Below are positions 7,436-13,178 of a stretch of DNA of 13,178 nucleotides, one piece after another (within the stretch, counting starts at the first letter, position 1; every line of letters begins with the position of its first letter). Position numbers and translations under genes: made by a program. A model generated the notes under the pieces. It ran no database searches, was not told where the DNA came from, and saw only the letters and a list, made by a program, of their open reading frames with translations. This DNA comes from Candidatus Eiseniibacteriota bacterium (GTDB lineage Bacteria > Eisenbacteria > RBG-16-71-46 > JABDJR01 > JAWXBZ01), in the NCBI GenBank assembly GCA_034440375.1, contig JAWXBZ010000142.1, forward strand, positions 1 to 13,178, written 5' to 3'.

Positions 7436-7993
7436 TCAGTTGGTGTGCGGTGTTGCCAGGTAGGGAAAGCTGTTCGGGAACGACTTGTCGTTGTTGGCTA
7501 CATTGTCGCTCGCGAGCGAGGGGATGGCCCCCTCGGCGCTCAAGAGAGTGCCAAAAATGGCTGCGAGCCCGGCATCAACCACATCGTCGGTGAGCTTCCG
7601 CCCGCCGTACCCGTTGGCCAGGGCCCAGCTCAGCCAACCGGCCGATGCCGAACTCTTGGACGAATCGACGATCAGCATGTCGGGCAACAGGACGCTGGTC
7701 AGGGTCGTGCCGACCACCGACGGGCGACCGAATTGAGCTACGAACGCCTCCATCTCCGCCTTGTACAGCATGACGTCCTGCGCCGGAACAGATGCGTTGT
7801 GCGCCCCGTGGTTGCGCTTGGCCAGAAAGACCTCGCTGACCAGGGGATTCCCCAGCCGTTCGATCTGCACATACTCGCGGCTCTTGTTGATGCCGGTTGA
7901 ACCGCCGTTGTCATCGTCGTCACCGCAGCCGGCGACGGCAAAGGTCAGCGCCACAAGGGCCAGGGCCGACCGAATCAAGTTGTAATGCTTCAT
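7436..7993 (-). CDS. DUF4331-family lipoprotein (C-terminal-half-type motifs)
   Basis: Lipobox VAGC followed by GDDDDNGG. Motifs YVQIERLGNPLVSEVF, LLPDML, GGRKLTDDVVD and NDKSFPNSFPYLATPH resemble the C-terminal part of DUF4331 proteins. SD AAGGAG. Confidence 0.8.
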   Translation of the reverse strand: MKHYNLIRSALALVALTFAVAGCGDDDDNGGSTGINKSREYVQIERLGNPLVSEVFLAKRNHGAHNASVPAQDVMLYKAEMEAFVAQFGRPSVVGTTLTSVLLPDMLIVDSSKSSASAGWLSWALANGYGGRKLTDDVVDAGLAAIFGTLLSAEGAIPSLASDNVANNDKSFPNSFPYLATPHTN

Positions 7994-8037
7994 CTCATTT
8001 CTCCTTTTTATCTCGTGGGATCAGGCGCCGACTTGCG

Positions 8038-8748
8038 TCAGCGGCTGATCGTGCCCCAAACACCAAATTTGGCATTGCCGCCAACGGTCAGACGATCCAG
8101 CGGAAGTTCGACCACGATGGCCAGCGTGTTGAATCCGGCCAGGTAATCGGTCGCCGGGTTGCGCCAGGCCGCGGGGCTGATCGGGTTGGCCACGGCCAGG
8201 GGCCCGGTGACCGGCCGACGATCGGGGAGAATGCGGAAGAACTGCTGGAGGTCGAGGAAGAAGGGGTCATCGCGGAGGCCGGCGAAGACCTGGACATTGT
8301 CGCCGGCGCCGAGATTGGAATTGATGCCACCGTTCAGCGTCGAATTCACATCCAGGACCTTCATCCGCTGTCCGGTCTGGGCCGGCTCCGCCGGGCCGAA
8401 CATGGTGACTTTCTGGCCCGAGCCGGTGCCCTCGAAGACGAACTGGAGGACCAGGTCTTCGACGCCGTCGCCCGAATTGTCAACCTTCAGCTGGTAGAGC
8501 TTGTCCGGATCGAAGGACGGACTTGTGGCCCCCGCGGCGATCGGCGAGCTGGTCGTCATGACCAGACAAATGCGCGAAGGGGAGGATCCAGGGAACGCAT
8601 ACACATCGTTGATGTCGCACTTGGGATTGAGCTCGACCTCGGGCGTATCCTGATGATCCGAGGCGGGGGCAGGGCCTGCGAACAGGGCTGCGCCGCAGCC
8701 GATGGTCATGGCAAGCGCCAGGACCGATCGGCGATTTGCTGACAACAT
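8038..8748 (-). CDS. secreted DUF4331-family protein (N-terminal-half-type motifs)
   Basis: Signal peptide ending APA, then SDHQDTP, DINDVYAFP, YQLKVDNSGDGVEDL, VFAGLRDDPFFLD, NTLAIVVELP and VWGTISR. SD GAGGAGG. Confidence 0.85.
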   Translation of the reverse strand: MLSANRRSVLALAMTIGCGAALFAGPAPASDHQDTPEVELNPKCDINDVYAFPGSSPSRICLVMTTSSPIAAGATSPSFDPDKLYQLKVDNSGDGVEDLVLQFVFEGTGSGQKVTMFGPAEPAQTGQRMKVLDVNSTLNGGINSNLGAGDNVQVFAGLRDDPFFLDLQQFFRILPDRRPVTGPLAVANPISPAAWRNPATDYLAGFNTLAIVVELPLDRLTVGGNAKFGVWGTISR

Positions 8749-8823
8749 TCAAACCTCCTCAATATATGGTCAACGAGCCAGGCGGGCCGAAATTGGTTCG
8801 GCCGCCGCCAAGTTCGGATCATA

Positions 8824-8849
8824 TACGAATTGGACCGGATTGCGGATTG
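8824..8849 (-). promoter_or_regulatory. candidate ECF sigma promoter (CAATCC-N16-CGTA)
   Basis: Minus strand CAATCC (8849-8844), 16 nt, then CGTA (8827-8824). This resembles the ATCC...CGTA promoters of RpoE/ChrR- and SigK-like ECF sigma factors. Confidence 0.5.
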
Positions 8850-8885
8850 GTGGATTGTTCAATCAGAGGCTAAATGGTGTCAAAC

Positions 8886-10124
8886 TCATCGGATAGGGGT
8901 TGGCATCACACGGTCGTCTCGAATCACCGTTCCAGCCGCCATCACGAAGCCAACCCGGGTCACGAGCGCGATGTCTTTGGTCGGGTCGCCGTGTACGGCG
9001 ATGATGTCGGCCTTCATGCCGGGGGCCAACCGCCCGATCTCGGTCTCGAGTCCGAGCAGACGCGCGGCGGTGCCGGTGGCCGCTTTGAGCGCTTCGATCG
9101 GCGTGAGCCCCGCGCGCGTCAGCCAGACAATCTCGCGGGCGTTCTGGCCATGCATCGTGTACACGGCGTCGGAACCACAGGCGATGTCGACACCGGCCTT
9201 CCTCGCTTTGCCCAGCGACTCGAGTTGGATCCGGGTCAGGGCGGCCAGCCGTTCCGCGTAACCCGGCCCGTATCCAAGCTGGTTCCCGTGCACCTGGTAC
9301 CACTCCAGGTGATACAGCGTCGGCACCAGGAAGATGTGCCGCCTTGCCATCTCCCTGGCGGCCGCATCGTCGAGGCGCGAACCATGTTCGATCGAGCGGA
9401 CGCCGGCGGCGATGGCCCGTCGCGCTCCTTCGAGCCCCATGGCATGTGCGGCCACCCAGCGCCCGCGGGGATGGGCCACCGCCACGACGCCGGAGATTTC
9501 GGCGCTGGTGAAGAGTGGGGCACCCGTCGTGTCATCATATGTGCCGCCGGTGGCGTAGATCTTGATCCAGTCGCAGCCGTCGCCGATGTAATCGCGGGTC
9601 CTGGCCACGATCGAGGCGGCGTCCCTCACGGTGCCGTCGGCAGGCCACTGAATGTCGCCGCGCCCGCCCCCCGATGGAGGGTAGAGGGCTCCTGCCGTCA
9701 CGATCCTGGGTCCAACAATGAGGCCGCGACGCACCGCTTCGGCAAGGGCACGGTCGGCGCCATCGAGACACCCCATCTCACGGACCGTCGTGAACCCGGC
9801 ATCGAGCGTGATACGGGCGTTCCGGGCCGCCTCAAAGGCCACCAGCGTTGGCGAACCAAGGTAGTCGGGAAGGAAATTGGGCGCTGCTGTCGTGTCGCGC
9901 CACAGGTACGAAAGGTGGGTGTGGCAATCGATAAACCCCGGGAGGATCGTCATCCCCTCGAGATCGATCCGTTGGGCGTCCGGTGGCGCTTGGACGTCCG
10001 GACCCATGGCCCGGATCGTGCCGTCCAGAACCAGGATCCGGGTCGGACCCATGAGTCGGTCCGACGTGCCGTCGTAGTACCGGTCACACTGGAGCAGGAT
10101 GGCGACCATCAGGGCCAGGATCAC
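8886..10124 (-). CDS. metal-dependent amidohydrolase (Xaa-Pro dipeptidase-like subgroup)
   Basis: PGFIDCHTH (HxH), AGFTTVRE, WIKIYATGG (Lys), VAAHA, SIEHG, GSD, ALKAAT and G.LAPGMKADIIAV.GDP. SD GAGGT precedes the GTG start. Confidence 0.9.
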   Translation of the reverse strand: MILALMVAILLQCDRYYDGTSDRLMGPTRILVLDGTIRAMGPDVQAPPDAQRIDLEGMTILPGFIDCHTHLSYLWRDTTAAPNFLPDYLGSPTLVAFEAARNARITLDAGFTTVREMGCLDGADRALAEAVRRGLIVGPRIVTAGALYPPSGGGRGDIQWPADGTVRDAASIVARTRDYIGDGCDWIKIYATGGTYDDTTGAPLFTSAEISGVVAVAHPRGRWVAAHAMGLEGARRAIAAGVRSIEHGSRLDDAAAREMARRHIFLVPTLYHLEWYQVHGNQLGYGPGYAERLAALTRIQLESLGKARKAGVDIACGSDAVYTMHGQNAREIVWLTRAGLTPIEALKAATGTAARLLGLETEIGRLAPGMKADIIAVHGDPTKDIALVTRVGFVMAAGTVIRDDRVMPTPIR

Positions 10125-10293
10125 ATGGTACCTCGGGAATGAGGGGTAAGGTCGGTCGTGTAGCCGGTGGTTTGCATCCGACGATGTGACGCTGGCCCCC
10201 CGGGTCGTCTATCCTATATTACTATTGCCATCCGAACCGCGTGCGGGTGCCTCGAAGCGGCCCGTTGTGATGCCACCGTCATTGGAGATCGCA

Positions 10294-13041
10294 ATGAAGC
10301 GCCTTTTGAATCTATTCGGGATTGTGATTTTCGTGAGCCTCCTCGGGGTCGGTTGCGACAAGGAAAACGGGGGGCCTGGCGGGCCGGGCGGCAATGGCGA
10401 CGGGACCTCCGGCGTTCCAGCCGAGATTGTGATCGCACGGACCTTTCCTTTGATCCTCGCCAACGGTGAGGATCAGATCGAAATCAATGCCACCGTCGTC
10501 GATGGTCAGGGGCGCGGCCTCGAGGATATCGGGGTTCTTTTCACGACCAGTCGCGGCAGCATCGAGCCGTTTGCCACCACGGACGCGGATGGCATCGCAA
10601 CGACGACATTCACCAGCGAGGCCAGTGCGCTCGACATCTCGGCCACGATCGTGGCCACGGCCATCTCCGACAGCGGCGCCGCCAGGGCGCAGCTCGGTCC
10701 CCTGGCCGCCGGTGTTTCGATGCGGCACTTGAAGCCGGTGCCGGCAGGCGCGGTTGTCATCGTGACCCGTACCGTCATGGCACCCGGACTTGCCGCCGAT
10801 GCCGCCCGCCTGCAGCGGGAGGGGCGGCTGGCACCGGCCCCGGCACTCGGCACCGCGGCCAATCCCGAAGACCAGGCCATGGTGCCGATGAAGGGCGTTA
10901 CCCTGGCGGTATCCGCCAATCCGGGCGTGATTCCGGCGGACGGTCTTTCCTCGAGCCAAATCGTGGCCCGGCTCATTGAAACGACCAGCCGCATCCCGAT
11001 CGATGGCCAGGACATTCGATTTGGCGCGTCAACCGGATCGATCACCGGGCGCGTTGTCACGAACCAGGCGGGTTCGGCCGCCGCCACGCTAACGGGGGTT
11101 ACGAGCGGTGCCACCTCCACCGTCACCGTCTTTTACGGCCGGACGCTCACCGCGATGACCACCGTTACCTTCAGCGCCCTGACGCTCAGTCTGTCGTCGG
11201 GCTTGCCCAGTATCCGGGCCGATGGTGAATCGTCAGTCGAGGTCGTGGCCAGACTGATCAATGCCGAACGCAATCCGGTTGCGGGCGCCCGCATCGACTT
11301 TTCCACAACGCGTGGATCCATCACGTCGCCCGTGGTTACCGACGCCAATGGCGAGGCCGAGGCCGTGCTTCGATCGGAGACGCAGATCGGCACCGCAAAT
11401 ATCACCGCCAGTTTTGGTGCGCTGACACAGCAGACCACCGTCAACTTCGTGGCGCTCGCGACGGTCCAGAACATCCTGCTCTCGGTCCAGTCGGCCAGCC
11501 TCGACGCCGACGGCGCCGATCGGACGAGCATTACCGCTACGGTCCTCGACGGCTCCGGTTCCCCGATGCCTGACGGAACGCCAGTCCAATTCCAGATCAC
11601 CAGTGGCGGCGGGTCGCTGATTTCGCCCAACGTGGTGACGGAGGACGGGGAGGCTTCCGTCATCTATGTGGCGGCGACCACGCCCGGCGTGGTGACGATC
11701 CAGGCCACCTCCGGAAGCATCACCCGGACGGTCCGTCTGACACTTGTTCCCATTGATGCGGCGAGCCTGACCCTCACGGCCGGTTCGCCGACAGTTCTCG
11801 CCGATGGCCTCTCATCGACGACCCTGACCGCGACCGTGACCGACGCCTTCAGTAACCCGGTGGCGGCCGGCACGACCGTCAACTTCTCGACCACGCTCGG
11901 TTCACTCGAAGCCGTCACGCCCACCAATGCGGCCGGTGTTGCCACTGCGCGTCTCCGTGCCGGCCGCTTTGAGACGGGCCTGGCCCGTGTGACCGCCTCC
12001 AGTGGCGACGCACTCCGTTCCATTGATGTTCGTTTCGTGTCGGAGGCGGCAAATCACATCGTGATTGTCGAACTCGACCGGCCGCGGATCGGGATCATCG
12101 GGACCGGGTCACCCCAGACCGCCACGCTCACCCTCGAAGTGCGGGACCGGAACGGCATCCCGGTCGATTCCGAGCATGCCGTCACCGTGACGTTCACAAT
12201 TGTTCCGACAGGCGGCGCCACCGATGCCACGCTCGCGGTGGCCTCGGCCGTCACCAATGACCGTGGTCGCGTGGCCGCGGTGGTCCGTTCCGGCAGCGAC
12301 GCGGGTGTGGTCGAGGTCCGGGCTGCGATTGGTGGAATTGTTTCCCAGCCGATCCGGGTGGCCATTCATGGCGACCTGCCCGATCCGGGCCACTTCTCGA
12401 TCGCCTTCGAGCGGGTCAATATTGAGGGGCTTGTCGTCGATGGTATCCGGAACAGGGTGACGGCCCGTGTCGGCGATGCCTTCGGCAATCCCGTCCCGGA
12501 TTCGACGGCCGCCTGGTTCACGGCCAGTCACGGATTGATCCAGGGGAGCGCGTTCACCGACGAACACGGCGAGGCCACCGTCTTGCAGATAACCGCGGGA
12601 CCGCACCCGGCTGAAGGTGGAGGTAACGGCCTCGTTCTGATCACCGCACAGACCATCGCGAAAAATGGCAGCTACATCAGCACCAGCGGCAGTGTCATGT
12701 GGTCGGGCCACACGATTCTGGAGATCACGAGTCCCAGCCCGCCAACCTTCAATATCCCGGACGGCGGCTCGGTCACGGTGACGTTCCGCGTCCGCGACGC
12801 CAATAACAATCCGCTGGTCGGCGGCACGACCATTTCCGCGGCCGCCACCGTGGGCGAGGTCGGCGGTGATAGTGACGTCGTGCTGCCCGACACGCAGAGC
12901 CAGGGCTCCACCTTCTTCTCGGTCACCCTGTCTGATGACGACCCAGGTGACGGCGAGCCCGCACAGGTGACCACGCTGACGATCGAAGTGGCCAGTCCGA
13001 ATGGCAACGCCACGGCGAGCATCAGCGGCACGATCAACTAA
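10294..13041 (+). CDS. large lipoprotein of ~8 bacterial Ig-like (Big_1, invasin/intimin-type) repeats, ~915 aa
   Basis: SD GGAG precedes ATG 10294. Signal [21 protein letters not shown] ends in a lipobox. Repeated (I/L)xADG..S.(I/V)TA.V.D..GNPV.G..V.F.TT.G......TD..G.A...L units. Start moved from the track's 10186. Confidence 0.85.
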   Translation: MKRLLNLFGIVIFVSLLGVGCDKENGGPGGPGGNGDGTSGVPAEIVIARTFPLILANGEDQIEINATVVDGQGRGLEDIGVLFTTSRGSIEPFATTDADGIATTTFTSEASALDISATIVATAISDSGAARAQLGPLAAGVSMRHLKPVPAGAVVIVTRTVMAPGLAADAARLQREGRLAPAPALGTAANPEDQAMVPMKGVTLAVSANPGVIPADGLSSSQIVARLIETTSRIPIDGQDIRFGASTGSITGRVVTNQAGSAAATLTGVTSGATSTVTVFYGRTLTAMTTVTFSALTLSLSSGLPSIRADGESSVEVVARLINAERNPVAGARIDFSTTRGSITSPVVTDANGEAEAVLRSETQIGTANITASFGALTQQTTVNFVALATVQNILLSVQSASLDADGADRTSITATVLDGSGSPMPDGTPVQFQITSGGGSLISPNVVTEDGEASVIYVAATTPGVVTIQATSGSITRTVRLTLVPIDAASLTLTAGSPTVLADGLSSTTLTATVTDAFSNPVAAGTTVNFSTTLGSLEAVTPTNAAGVATARLRAGRFETGLARVTASSGDALRSIDVRFVSEAANHIVIVELDRPRIGIIGTGSPQTATLTLEVRDRNGIPVDSEHAVTVTFTIVPTGGATDATLAVASAVTNDRGRVAAVVRSGSDAGVVEVRAAIGGIVSQPIRVAIHGDLPDPGHFSIAFERVNIEGLVVDGIRNRVTARVGDAFGNPVPDSTAAWFTASHGLIQGSAFTDEHGEATVLQITAGPHPAEGGGNGLVLITAQTIAKNGSYISTSGSVMWSGHTILEITSPSPPTFNIPDGGSVTVTFRVRDANNNPLVGGTTISAAATVGEVGGDSDVVLPDTQSQGSTFFSVTLSDDDPGDGEPAQVTTLTIEVASPNGNATASISGTIN

Positions 13042-13057
13042 GACCGAGGGGCACACC

Positions 13058-13178
13058 TTGGCTCATATTCAGCGCCGGTCGACGGTCACTGCCCGAATCG
13101 GGGCGGTGACCGTCGGCTCGGGGCACCCGATCGTCGTCCAGTCGATGACCAATACCGACACGGAGGACGTGGCAGCCA
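13058..13178 (+). CDS. ispG: (E)-4-hydroxy-3-methylbut-2-enyl-diphosphate synthase (GcpE), N-terminal fragment running off the right edge
   Basis: Manual translation from TTG 13058 (SD GAGGGG): [40 protein letters not shown], containing the hallmark PIxVQSMTNT motif. Confidence 0.93.
   Translation, partial: MAHIQRRSTVTARIGAVTVGSGHPIVVQSMTNTDTEDVAA

Noticed and set aside
8874..10142. 422-aa plus-strand ORF opposite the amidohydrolase (also 5087..6202, 6760..7593, 7897..8742, 12109..13056)
   Set aside because: No recognisable motifs; long antisense ORFs are expected opposite GC-rich genes with strong codon bias.
10186..10293. 36-aa N-terminal extension of the Ig-repeat protein
   Set aside because: The SD and a canonical lipoprotein signal peptide begin at ATG 10294.

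Overview
GC-rich bacterial chromosomal window made up mostly of core and cell-envelope genes, with no mobile element, CRISPR array or RNA gene that I can support. The minus strand, read right to left, carries an amidohydrolase and then a pair of secreted DUF4331-family genes behind an ECF-sigma-like promoter, closed by an intrinsic terminator. Next come a tightly coupled late heme operon (hemE-hemN-hemH-hemG/hemY) ending in a secreted GH113-like glycoside hydrolase, spoVG coupled to a small two-helix membrane protein, and the 5' part of an S11-family D-Ala-D-Ala peptidase with a strong sigma70 promoter and a long structured leader. The plus strand carries a ~915-aa lipoprotein of about 8 invasin-type Ig-like repeats followed by the start of ispG. 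The S11 peptidase and ispG fragments are missing from the supplied ORF track and were translated by hand. The most notable items are the split DUF4331 module with its promoter and palindromic leader, the switch-like peptidase leader, the probably leaderless hemE, and the glycoside hydrolase inside the heme operon. Family calls come from motif recognition, not database searches.
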